DNA of 64,000 nt from Chlorokybus atmophyticus (taxonomy: Eukaryota > Plantae > Mesostigma and Chlorokybus algae). Made by a program: the position numbers and the translations under genes. The stretch's first letter is position 1. Every line of letters begins with the position of its first letter. The notes under the pieces were generated by a model, which saw nothing but the letters and a program-made list of their open reading frames with translations, ran no database searches and was not told where the DNA came from. Shown here one piece after another: positions 26,137 through 38,032 of the stretch. The DNA lies in contig RHPI01001259.1 of the NCBI GenBank assembly GCA_009103225.1, forward strand, positions 211,203 to 275,202, written 5' to 3'.

Positions 26137-29100
26137 ATGGGTGAGTGTCAGTCATGTTTGAGGTGCAATGGAAAGGGTGAAGCATTGGTAATTTGCTAAC
26201 TGTAACTGACGTTCATGTCGACAGCTGCCGGTGGAGCCATGCTAGTTGAAAAGCTAAGCAATGCCAAGCTGGAATCTCCCAAGTCGTCCTCCATGGTGCA
26301 GCAGCGAATACAGGTCACAGCATTTAAGCCATGTTGAAACTGAATCTGCATGGAGCAGTTGACGCTTTGCATGGTGATACTACCGTACTTGCAAGGTCAA
26401 GGGGGTGCATTTGGCCGCGGTTGTTGACAATCTGTACATGCACATTGCAGGCTTTGGAAGAACAAGTGCACACATTGCAGCAAAAGCTGGACGAGAAGGA
26501 TGCAGAGTTAAAAATGTACGCATCAAACTCGAGTGTGCGCAATGTTGTGCGATGTGCCATACAGGTGTCAGGATCACATTACATCCTTCATTGCTTGCGG
26601 ATGTGTGCGTGAAGGTGTAAATGATATGTGTGCATGATATGTTTGTCAAGGTAGAGTGCTGAGCGGTACAAAATGCTTTCACTATGGCAGTTGGGCAACC
26701 ATCATTCCAGGTGCATTGTTCAAGACCATCATGCGCACTGATGGATCTCTGACAGTACCCTATGCGTCTGATGAGACCAACCGTTTGCTGGGTACGGCCA
26801 AAGACATCGAGAATTGGAGGAATGTCAGCTCCGAGGACAAGGTGCAGTATGCTGGCATTGGGTCATTGTGGTTGTGGTGTTAGTTGACGTACATCGGCCA
26901 CAAATGACCATGAGTTGCCGTGGTGATGCATATGCTTGTTGAGCTTTTGCCATGCTGGTTCCTGAGTTCTTGTGTATGCAGCCACAATTGTTGGCTCAAG
27001 CGAAAGACTGTGGGGATTCCCTCGCGATGTTCAAAGGCATTTATAAAAGCACCAGTCCGACGGACCATCAGGTGAGGTGTGCACTGCTGGGTTGTCTTTT
27101 TTGCTCAAGTGCAGCTGTGGTATAAGTTTCTCGTTGTCAATCAACAAGTAGCCCTTACCAGGCAAAGTATGTGTAGGCGTCCAATGTTTCCTGTGCAGGT
27201 GCGTTGGGTGCAAACACGTGCGCTCCCGCTGCCAAAGGATGCTGATGGAACTCAGAAGTGGTATGGTGTTTCCATGGACTGCACCGAGTTCCTCAAGGTT
27301 GGTGGGCAGCACAGCTGAGACTAAATTGCAGTCATCTATAGCAGAAGTCCGTGCTCATTTATGATTGCAATGCTCCAGACACAAGAGGCCTTGCGAGCAT
27401 CAGACGAGCGCTTGCAGTTGGCTCTTAAAGGAGCTGAAGCTGGTATCTGGGACTGGGATATTAGCGAGCAACAGGTCTCTCTCTCTCTCCCTCTCTCTCC
27501 CTCTCTCTCTCCCTCTCTCTCCCTCTCCCTCCCTCTCCCTCCCTCTCCCTCCCTCTCCCTCCCTCCCTCCCTCCCGCCCTCCCGCTCTCTCTCTCTCTCC
27601 CCCCCGCGAGAGGGCGAAGGGAGGGAGGGGCGTGCGCACACATGCGCGTTTTCGAGTGCATATGTGTATTGTTTCTGTCCAACTGCTAACTGGTCTTGTG
27701 TATGATGAGTCTGCTTGCAAGCACGGCCTTGCTTCCAAACCGCTAAACAACAACCGTGGTCCAGCAGCGATGCGTCACTCTGACACGCTGTTCATGCAGT
27801 GGTGCGTGTCGCGTGAGTATCAGGCACTGCTTGGATATACTGGAGAGACATGGCGAGATTCAAAATATGACGGCCACACTCAAGAGGGGCTGCCCAAAAA
27901 CAGAGATACCGAGATGGGAGAGATTCATCCGGAGGACCTGGATTGCGTGTCTCAAATGATGAAAGGCCACTTGGAGAATGGCGAGGACTTTGGTAATGAA
28001 CTGTCATGCGCAGCCAGGGCATTGTGTCGTAAATAGTGCAGATCATGTGGACGCACAAAAGCATGTGCAGTCGGATATACTTATTCAATCCCATTCACCT
28101 TGCAATGGCTTGGCAGATTGCGAGCTCCGATTTTTGTGCGCCGATGGCCAGTACAAGTAAGTGACGTGTGCTGGCAGATGAATGCTCTCTTGTAGTGAAT
28201 GGGGAACTGCAGGCATGTATGCGCTCGCGTGTGCAGACACACAGATGCACACAGGTGCACGCACATCTGTACACGCATGCACACACTTGCAAATGCAGAT
28301 CGAGTTATGGATACACTCGTGCATATGGTGCTCGTGCATATGGTCAAGCGGCACATACATGAGTGCATGGACAATATGCACGCTTGCAAGCACATGGTGG
28401 TGGATGCTAGTGTTGATGCTGTGACATGATTGTTGTTCTGGTCTAGGTGGTTCCGCAGCTGTGGATCCTGCATACGGGATGCTGAAGGCAAGCCGTTCCG
28501 CATGGCAGGTGAGCAACACTTGTTGTCGCCACTGTTGTTGGGTCTCTCGCAGGTTGGCTGCCATGTCAAGAGCACCCGCGTGTTGCATTGTCTCTGGTTT
28601 AGTAGCAGCAGTGCACCTCCTTTGCACGATTGCAACCAGTGAAGATGGCCTGTTTACCAGCGCTTCTATGCTCTGCAGGTTCATTAACAGACATCAATGA
28701 CCGCAAGCTCGCAGAGATGGCACTCAGGGATGCACTGGCGGCCGCCAAACATGCAGACTCTGCAAAGTCACAATTCCTTGCCAACATGTACGACTTGGTT
28801 TGAATCACATTGGGAAAGCAGCGATGTTGCAATGAGACACAACACCTCCTTGTGTCAGCTCTGTTCTTGCAGCAATGTTGTTATTTTTGGCGCTTCCATG
28901 CATGCACCTGCACTTTACAACTCACAATTAGTCCTCTGCGCAATAGCTGACTTGACAACTGCTGCTTTTTCAGGAGTCACGAGTTGAGAACGCCCCTCAA
29001 CAGCATCATGGGTAAGTTGCCTGCAGCTGGCTCAGCTCAGTAATGGTTTTGTATGGTGCTAACAATTGCTCACCAACATGCTGGGCTGTTTGCCTTGCAT

Positions 29101-32100
29101 GACTCTTTGCAGGTTATGCTGCACTTCTCGCTGACTCGCCTGGGTTGAATGATGAACAACGCAACTTCGTCAACACCATTCGCAGGCAAGCACAACACAA
29201 ACACGAAACCTTTGAGCTAGCCCAACCCCAAACAAGGGCAGGGTGTGCACTCAAATCTTTTTGCCATAATGCGTTGATACTGAAACAGGGTTTCCGGTTA
29301 TGATTTGTATCTCTGGCTGTATGAAGCTGATCGTCCTTCAGTCTGTTGCTAACCTCGTAGTGTTGCTATGTGCAGCTCCAGTGATTCACTATTGACGCTT
29401 GTCAACGACATCTTAGGTATGCATCAGCTGACAATGCTGTGATAACATGCAGTTGCCCTTGCATGCCACCAATGTTGATTGTTGCCACAGACTTTAGCAA
29501 GATTGAAGCCGGGAAGCTGCAGCTTGAGAAATCTGTATTTGAGATTGCTGGCTGCGTTGAGGACTCAGTAGACCTTCTTGCAACACAGGCATGTTGACAT
29601 TGTGCGCTGATCCACGTTGGCTGACATGCAAGCATGCCTGCACAGGTTCACCTGGCAGTCGTGAGCTACGACCTGACATTAGTGCTATGCAGGCTGCTAA
29701 CAAAAACTTGGATTTAGCGTACCGCATAGCACCTGAGTGTCCAGTGGCAGTAGCCGGTGACGTGTCGAGGATACGACAGGTGAGGCGATGTTGCCATCTG
29801 AGTTTTTCCTGTAGGTGCAGCAAAGCCTATGTTTGACATGCATGTACGTTCGCAATATGCATGCAGTCAGTCTGCAACTTACGCTTCGTTTGTGTTGTAC
29901 AGATCCTGGTGAACCTTGTAGCGGTGAGACATTGGGACACTCATGTTTTGTGTCAGGATTGCACGCTATTTTTCGTGTGAGGCACTGGCATGCAGATTGG
30001 TAAAGCGCAAATTGTAATAATCTCATTGCTCGGTGTATTTGCCTGCCAGAACGCTGTCAAGTTCACATCCAAAGGCGCTGTGTTCGTTGAGGTGTCATCT
30101 GAACCCTATGTGGTGCCCGTTGCTCCCGCGCCTGATGGTGACAGTAATGGTGCTGACCAAGGCGCTTGCATGTCGCCTACTGGCTTCAGTGGCGCCGACA
30201 AACCTGACTTGCTGCTGCTGCACTTTGCTGTGCACGACACCGGTACACTTTTTGCATGCCATTGCATGCCGTTGCAAGGCAGGGGGCCTTGTGGTTGTCG
30301 CTCTAACTTTATGTATGGTGAGGCAATGCATGCATAAGCTTGTGCAGAGTCTTATTGATACCCCTGCTGTGCAACAGGTATTGGCGTTGCAACGGATCAG
30401 CAGCAGCTGTTGTTCAATGCATTCTCACAGATAGATGCTGGAAGGTCCAGACAGTATGGAGGCACAGGCCTAGGTGCGTCGACACATTGAACGGTGTTGA
30501 CAGTCTTCCTCAGCAGTTGTTGCCGTCATTGGTATTTGCTTTACAAATGTCTAGTGTGACATATTATTGTTTTGTTCTGGCAGGTCTTGCAATAGTGATG
30601 CGCCTTGCCAAGATGATGCGAGGTATTTCTTGCTTCATGCCATATCTGTTGTTGTGTCACACACCTGCGCTCGAGTTTGAACTGGCCTCACACTCCTACA
30701 ACTCATGTGTATGTTAACTTATGGCAGGGAGTGCATGGGTAGAGAGTGATCCGGCTGTCAAGCCAGGTACAACAGTGCTGTAGACAGCTGTGCCATGCTG
30801 CCACCACACCTTTACATGCAGCATCTATAATGTATAGGGACCACAAGCTGAGTCTGTCTTCATGGCTAACAGGTGCAACATTCCGTGTCACTGTCGTCGT
30901 TGAAACGGTGGGAAGGCGCGCAGCTCCTTTGGCACGGCAAAACTCCCCCAATTTCAAGCATTGTCCGTATGCGAAGCACACCATCTTGCTGGTACACGCC
31001 CATTCATTGCATCCTTGCTCACAGCTGGCTCTGGTTCCAGATCCTGCAAAACAAATGATTGTCGTAATGCTGACTTGCTTCTTGCCAGCTGGCAGCGGAT
31101 GCAAGCAAACAAGTCATGTCCGAGATGCTGCAGCGCTGGGGCTCGACAACACTTGTTGCATCTACAATGAAAGAGGCGCTGTTGTATCTCAAGAACGAGG
31201 CAGTTGGAGCATGCATAGCGGTAAGATGGGTACATAGTAATATGTTGGTTGCCACCATAATCAGCACATGCATCTTAATACCTCCCGTGTGTCTCCTAGG
31301 ATCGCCAAATACTTTCCCAATCAGAGGTCGCAGAGCTCGCTGGCCTGTGCAAAGTCATAGTGCTAACAGGTATCGGCAACAAGCGCGAGGACATCCATGA
31401 GCGTGTTGAAGCCTTCGTGACAAAGCCTGTTCGACCATCTCAGGTACAGATACTGCTCGAGCTATAAGCATGAAGGGTGACTCAGGTACTCAGACTGCGT
31501 GTATTGTTGTCTTGCCAGCTTTACAACGCCTTGCAAGCGTGCTTTGCTGGCTCCTCCCAAAGCATGTCGCCGCAAAGCCCGCAAGCTCAACGCGTACTAG
31601 TGGCATTCGATGGCACCCTGGGGACGCGATATCCACTTCGTCTTTTAATTGCGGAAGATAACGTCATTAACCAACAGGTCAGCGATAAGTGCAAGTGACT
31701 GTGTTACTAGGTTCTGCGTGATGCAAGACATGTGTGTCCTATCCAGAGCTCTCTCTCAACTGTGTGGTGATATCAGGTATTGCGGCGACTGCTGCAGAGG
31801 CTTGGATATGCATCAGATGTATGTGCCAATGGGTTGGAAGCAGTGCAAGCCTGTCAACGGCAGGCATACAATGTCATCCTGATGGATCTAAACATGGTAA
31901 GTCAGGTTGGCTTCATACTGCAGACTTCGAAAATTTGCTGAAGGCATGCACGTGTCAACCTCAACAATTTTGTATCACAGCCGATATGCGACGGGCTTGA
32001 AGCCACAAGGCTGATCTTGCAGTCGGGTAGCAGAACGCCAATCATCATTGCGGTGACCGCCGCTGCGCTGCGTGAAGAGCAAGAGATGTGCTTCACAGCT

Positions 32101-32323
32101 GGCATGCACTTGTGAGTTTTGGTGCTTCAGTTCTTTTTTGCCTCTGCACCCGTACATGTTGGTCCGTCTCTCTGAGCAATTCACCAGATCGTACGAACAA
32201 GAGTGCATTGTTCCTTCCAGGTACTTAAGCAAGCCGGTTGCACCCAGGAGCCTTTCTCAGGCCCTGACGACTGCTTATGAGATGTTGCAGCGACGAGAAG
32301 GTTACAAGATCGAGGCCGCGTAA
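26137..32323 (+). CDS. Multi-exon hybrid sensor histidine kinase: coiled coil - PAS/PAC x2 - HisKA - HATPase_c - REC - REC
   Basis: [13 protein letters not shown]...[10 protein letters not shown]; [22 protein letters not shown] and IHPEDLD; H-box KSQFLANM|[13 protein letters not shown]; [10 protein letters not shown]; N-box NAVKFT; G boxes DTG|IG and RQYGGTGLG|LAI; REC1 VIVLTG...FVTKPV; REC2 [22 protein letters not shown]|P.CDGLEAT, IIAVTA and YLSKPV. End 32323. Confidence 0.9.
27476..27600. repeat. Compound (CT)n/(CTCC)n pyrimidine microsatellite at the start of a histidine-kinase intron
   Basis: About 125 nt almost entirely C/T, directly after the donor CAG|GT. Confidence 0.9.
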
Positions 32324-33497
32324 CAGCGACTCTGTTTATACACACCATACACACCATAAGAAGTACGTAGAGGTCGCACTTAGCCCAAGTCCACAATGCT
32401 GCTATTGGCACAGCTGCACATGTCGTGATAACAGCTGTGATAGCATGCACATTGGTGTTTGATTAGGTTGATTGCTGCGATGACAGCGATAGATACGCTG
32501 CAAGTGTTTGCTAGTATACAATCTGTTTGCATTTGACATGCGGTCTGAGCCAGCATGATCTGTTTTTAGCAATTTCCCACTTGTTACTGTTGGCTGTGGA
32601 TAGCCATGTGGTGCAGTGTCGATTCAGCCGTACGCTTGCATGTGAACACCTGTAACGAAGAAGGCCAGCCTCTAATTGCTGGTTAGCATCGCATGTGTAT
32701 TTGTTGTTGGTGTGCTCTCAGAAACATACTTTCAGTACACGAGAAACGAGCCAGCTTGATGAAGCAAACCACAACATTGGATTACCGTATCACATGCAAC
32801 CCAAGTAGCAGTTGAGCCGGACACGTGGAGGCAACACTTGTACCTCTGTACGTAGTGGTGATTAATATTTGATATTTAAGCCTCACTCCAACGCGTCGGG
32901 AGTCAAGGTAGTCACATCAGTCAGCGTTGTGGTCATTGTGAAGCATCCGTTCTCCGTGCCTGTCGCACAGCATCGCACAAAGCTAAGGTGAGCAATGCTA
33001 AGGCAAGACATCACTGAACTGCCGCTAGCGCTATACACCACGGGTACTGCGTGATAAAATGGCGACAGATGATGCGCCTCTAAGCCCGGGTGCTCAAGTG
33101 TGCAGCGCGCGCATGCAGCGATAAAGCCACAAACGGCTCACCCAACAACCCATGCAACTCCACCGCGAATGGGACAAATGTAACAGTTGGATGGCAGTCA
33201 GCGTATTGTATTCTCACCTTACTCTACTGCTGGAGTGCCGGAGCTAGCAACAGACAGCCAACCAGTGACTGTGACAATGAGTAGAAGCCGAGCATCGCGC
33301 GCAACCTCGGTAGCGACGATGTTCATGCGCAAACTGCTGCCCTCACCTCATATAGGTAGTACGCCCACCTGCTCTCTGGACCAAGTACGCAGCTGCGCAC
33401 ATGGTGCGCACGCGCGCGTGCGCATGTGCTGTGTGTTGTCGTCTGTGCTGTGTTGTTTTCTGTGCTTGTGCTCTCCTCTGTGCTCAGCACAAACATC

Positions 33498-34699
33498 ATG
33501 ATGCCTTATGATGAAGACAAAGGTGTCAGGAACGACGAAGGTGTTATGCACTCGTGTGCGGTGTGCGGTGGCCCCTTCTACATGCAGGCCATCAAATGCA
33601 AGCCCCTCACATTCCGCAGCTGCTCGCCGCAAACGCAAATGCACACTCTTGTGCGCAGGTGCGGTAGCCGAAGATGGCGTGTGGCAGAGCGAAACAAGAT
33701 CTCACATTCAGGATGCGGACGCACGGGAACACATAGCAACCACACTCCTGCTCCGCTGCTTGAAGGGTGTACATTGCGTGACGATGCTCTCGGGGCGAAT
33801 GCTGCTGCTGAGTCCATTGTGAGAAGTCCTCTTACATAATCCTGCACTCGCGGCAAACGCAGAGGAGGCAGACTGTCCCGAGTGTCCAGAGTGCAACCTG
33901 GTCAGGTAGTAGAGTGATAGTTTGTCGCAAGTCCTGCTCATATGGTAGGCCTTCCGATGCCACCTCATTTTTTCGCACCATCCGACTGCAACTCTGCTGG
34001 ACAAGTATAATGCACGTATCCACTCGCATGCAGCTGCAGGAGCATGCAGCAGTTGCGGCACCACACCCAGCTCCACTTAATGAAGCACGAGGCGCAGCAC
34101 GAGAACATGGACGCTGGTGCAGAGCAATGCCACGAGTGCTAATCAGCATGCTGGACAAGCGCCTACCACAGCAGCGCAGGCTGTCCATCCTCCCACCCAA
34201 GCAGGCTGTGAGTCTTGTGCGCTTTGTCCATGGTGCTTATAGCAGCCCAGTAGTCAAGTGGTGTTTGCAAGTGAGCCCATGCGATTTGCACCAGTCTATC
34301 TGTCCTGAGCAGTATGTAGAATGTCTTGCAGAGCAGTCTGCCAATCGGTCGCATGACCTCCAGTATCTGCTGCGACTATCTGGGCTGTGCTCGAGTTTGC
34401 CTTCCAGCATCCATTGATAGATAAACAACAGGACTTACCACTACTACAACAGCAACACTGCTTCTGCAATGCAGACGGTGTGGCAATACTTGCATAACTA
34501 TCTGCGAAAGCTGGAGCATGCCTATTGGAGACGTGGTGGCGGCGCAATAGCTGGATCTCAGCAGACAACCACAAGCCGAAAACGTATACAACTACTCATC
34601 ACCGCGGCTGCAAGTATCGTGCGTAGTATCAATTCAAGTTGTGCAGCCACTAGCAAATGTGCAAGCGCGCAGACAAGTGCTTGGTTACCAAGTAGATAA
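33498..34699 (+). pseudogene. Possible degenerate or orphan gene with Cys-rich start (CAVCGGPF; CPECPEC)
   Basis: Protein-like segments in several frames. ORFs 33914-34417 and 34469-34699 share a frame and are separated by TGA TAG. No family recognised. Confidence 0.2.
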
Positions 34700-35323
34700 G
34701 AGAGGTATGTAATGAAAAAGTTCGGCTGTTAATGCAAGAGTCGATCAAGTTCGGCAACCAACAGCCTGCGATAAGTGCAAGGTTGCACATACTGCAACTC
34801 AACTACAGGGCAACTGAATTATTGCATGTATAAGGATTCAATTGCGACATGTGTGACCATGAGCTCGAGCATGCCAGGTCAGTGACATCGGCAGGCCAAA
34901 ACTATATCATGTCATTGACACAGAAGTTGTTACACATGTACACAAGGTAAGTAAAATCCACCCACTGCCTTAGTCTTCTACCCTAGAGTGAGTGGGGGAG
35001 TTGCAGAAAGCGGCAGCTGAGCGATCATTGGCTTCCTCAGCCTGTGGTGTCGAACGTGCACTCAGTCACGGGTCCAACTCGCCAAAGGTACACATTGCAG
35101 CACGCGCATGCACGCGTTGTTGAGAAGAGGCACAACTCCTGACTCTATGCACATATTCTCACCTCTGCCTCGTCAACAACCAGCGCGCCAAAAGGAGTCT
35201 CCCGCAGTGCATCCTTGTCCTCATACATCTCTATTAACCACCTGTGAAAAAGGAGCAGATGCAATCAAGCAAAGTTGTAGACCTGTTGAGTGGTCATCAT
35301 CTCTATCAGCAGCAGCAGCAGTC

Positions 35324-37477
35324 TTACTTCAGTGTGGCTTGCTTCGGCTCAAATTGGACTGAGATAAACTCCTTGATCATCGTGTTGCTCAGCTTCACCG
35401 CCTCGTTAAACTTTTTGTTCCAGCTCGCTCCATTCAACTTAAAGGCCTCCACCACAAGGGCTCCTGCATGTGTCACGTTGGTCAGTTGCAAGTTGATAAA
35501 TGAGGTCGAGTAAGAGTCCCTTCCAATCAACACACACCACTTACCCATCTTTGATGTCAGAAATTTGTCTCGTGCATCCTTGTCATTGTAGCATGAACCC
35601 ATCACCCAATGCTTGTATCCAAACCAGTAATCCTCAGGGCTGGAAGACAAGTGATGCGCATCAGTGCTGCCCCGCAACCAGGGATAGGTGTTGTGCATAA
35701 TGCGTCACATGGCTAATGCAGCTGACCTGAAGTCCCCGTAGTGCAGCGCATCCGCCATGGCTGACGAGCACATGTCCAACCCGCTATCATTTGATCGTGA
35801 TGGTGCAGCATCCTGGCACAAGAATAGGTCGTTCTATGTTAACAGCCAGCACAATGCAGTGGCACTGCAATATAGAGGTTTCAGAGATAGCTGAGCGACA
35901 ACAGGCGTTACCTCAGCCTGTGAGGTGTACTTGCCAAGCATGACGCCGTCCGCTGCTCCAATTGCCTAGCCAAGTGATGCATACTCAGCATGAGAGCCGT
36001 CACATCTTTCTGCAGGCCATGTGGAAATTGCACGCAAGCGTACTACCTGCTGAGCAGACTGCATGATGCGCGTGAAGTCCACTCCAAAGTTGCCATTCTC
36101 GACGTCCTCAGCGGGATCGGAAGTTGTTGGGGCCTCCGTGGTGCTGCTAGCCTTCTTCTTCCTCAGCTCTTGCACACTCAAGGGCCTGTAGCTGGACCTG
36201 GGCATGCAAGCACACCTCAACACAATTGTGGGTATGCACTCACACAACTATACCGCACACTGTGAGTGGACTAATCTGGTCTACTATCACCGATACGGTG
36301 CCAATACCGAGACACCAGGCAAGTGAAGAAGCGATAATGGCATGCGGCTCCAAAACAGCAAGCACGCAATCGATGCTTCGGTGGGGTAATTAGCACCGTC
36401 GCTTAAACGGGTGTCAGTGCTGGTCAACCCACCAAAGCAACGCTTGTCTCGATGTACCAAACCAAGACAACATGCACACTCACTGTTGTCGTGATCTGCG
36501 GCCCCCAATGTAGTCTCTCTCCAGGAGCCTGTCATCATCGTCATCATACAGCTGGGGAGCAGGAGGAGTCACTTCGCTGTCTCGCTGCTTGCGCTTGGTG
36601 GTGTCCTCGAAATTATCTGACCGCTGCACGGCGGTTCTCTTGCCTCTGGACCTTAACCCCTTCACTGCAGTTGCATCGTTATTCATGAATTTGGTATCAG
36701 AACTTTGTGACTTCTGGCTTCCAGCACCATTGTCATCGTCGGACTGCTTGCGCCGTGTATTGGATGTAGAAGGCTTTTGTTCAGCTTCGTCTCTTTCATC
36801 ATCGGAGGACTCCTTTTTTGCATTCGGCTTGCGTTTCCTAGACTTGCGCTCGTGATCACTGCTAGCAGCCTTACCAGAAGAAGATGCAGCGGACTTCCTG
36901 TCAAAGAAGATACCATGTGAGAACATCCAAAAGCTGAAGGCTACAGCACATGAGATGATTGACTGAATGAGAGCATATCCAATGACTTGCCATGAGCACT
37001 TACTTTTTGTTCCACTCTGACGGTTTTAGCGCGTGCTCTGCTCCCACATCATCGCGCTTTTTCTCAGCGGCAGCAGCGGTACGCGTGACAGCTTCTCCCC
37101 TATGGTGTACCATGTGTTGGATGGACGGATTAACGACAGACACATATACACACGCGCGCAGTCTCACGCACACACACGTTTGCACGCACTTATGCATAAT
37201 GGTTTACGGTGCATAGAAGCGACATCATCATGCCATAATATGCTTACTTGCCAAAGAACGAGGTGATTTTCTTGCTACTCTGAGCAGCCGCAGCCTCCTC
37301 AGCGGCCTTACGAGTTGCTCGAGTGTCCTTTCTCCCATTGGCTGCTGCGCTTGCAACCGGCGTCCGGCCCATTCGAGACATGCTTGCAACCCTAACGAAG
37401 CCAAAATGCCAGTCAATCAAGCATGTCTGAGCCAAACCGTAACAGTATACCATTGCAGAAAGCTCAGAATGAAGCAA
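35324..37477 (-). CDS. Hypothetical multi-exon protein: K/R/S/D-rich low-complexity N-terminal half plus unrecognised globular C-terminal exons; 5' end may reach ~37800
   Basis: Collinear minus-strand ORF pieces with GT-AG flanks (37244-37477, 37000-37197, 36480-36926, 35966-36247, 35324-35698). Examples: SPEDYWFGYKHWVMGSCYNDKDARDKFL and NLS-like RKSRKRKP. Confidence 0.45.
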
Positions 37478-38032
37478 CTTGGCAGAAGTCTACAGCTGCA
37501 TTTTTCAATTGTCTAAGAGCACGGCGAGGCTGGTCAACAGTGTCAGCACAAGAGAGTGAGGAGTAGCAATGCAGCCTTCCGAGGAAGCGAGCTTCCTCTA
37601 AGGGCAGCGCCTCTTTGAGATCCAGCATACAAACAGCTGCAGAAGCAGTAAAACCCTAGCGCAGAGCAGCTGAGAGAGCAAGACGGCCAAGAGCCACGCA
37701 AGCAAGCAGGCCGTGGACCGGCGGGTGACCCAAGCGCTCTTACCAATACAGTAGATCGCCGCACCTTCCGGAAGCCAACCGGTCAGCCCCGCCGTATACT
37801 GAGACGACAGCCGCAAAGGACGACAGACACAACCCGCCCACCGCCCCGACCCACACCACCACCACCACCGCAGCCGCCCACAACCCCGCCGCTGAGCTCA
37901 GCTTTTGCCGCCAGACGCACGCTTCTGAAACGGCCGAACGGAATTTTCAAATTTTCCCGCGAAGTGACCTCACGTTATGTATCACAATGTGAGTTGACAT
38001 TCAAAGTTGAAACCCTAGTACTGTCTCTGAGG

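Noticed and set aside
35700-35870. Ulp1/SUMO-protease-like motifs (CHCIVLAVNI; NDSGLDMC) in the orphan gene, and IH**INNRTYHYYNS near 34410-34450
   Set aside because: The motifs are in different frames, the spacing is too short and the catalytic Cys is absent; similarity is too weak to call.
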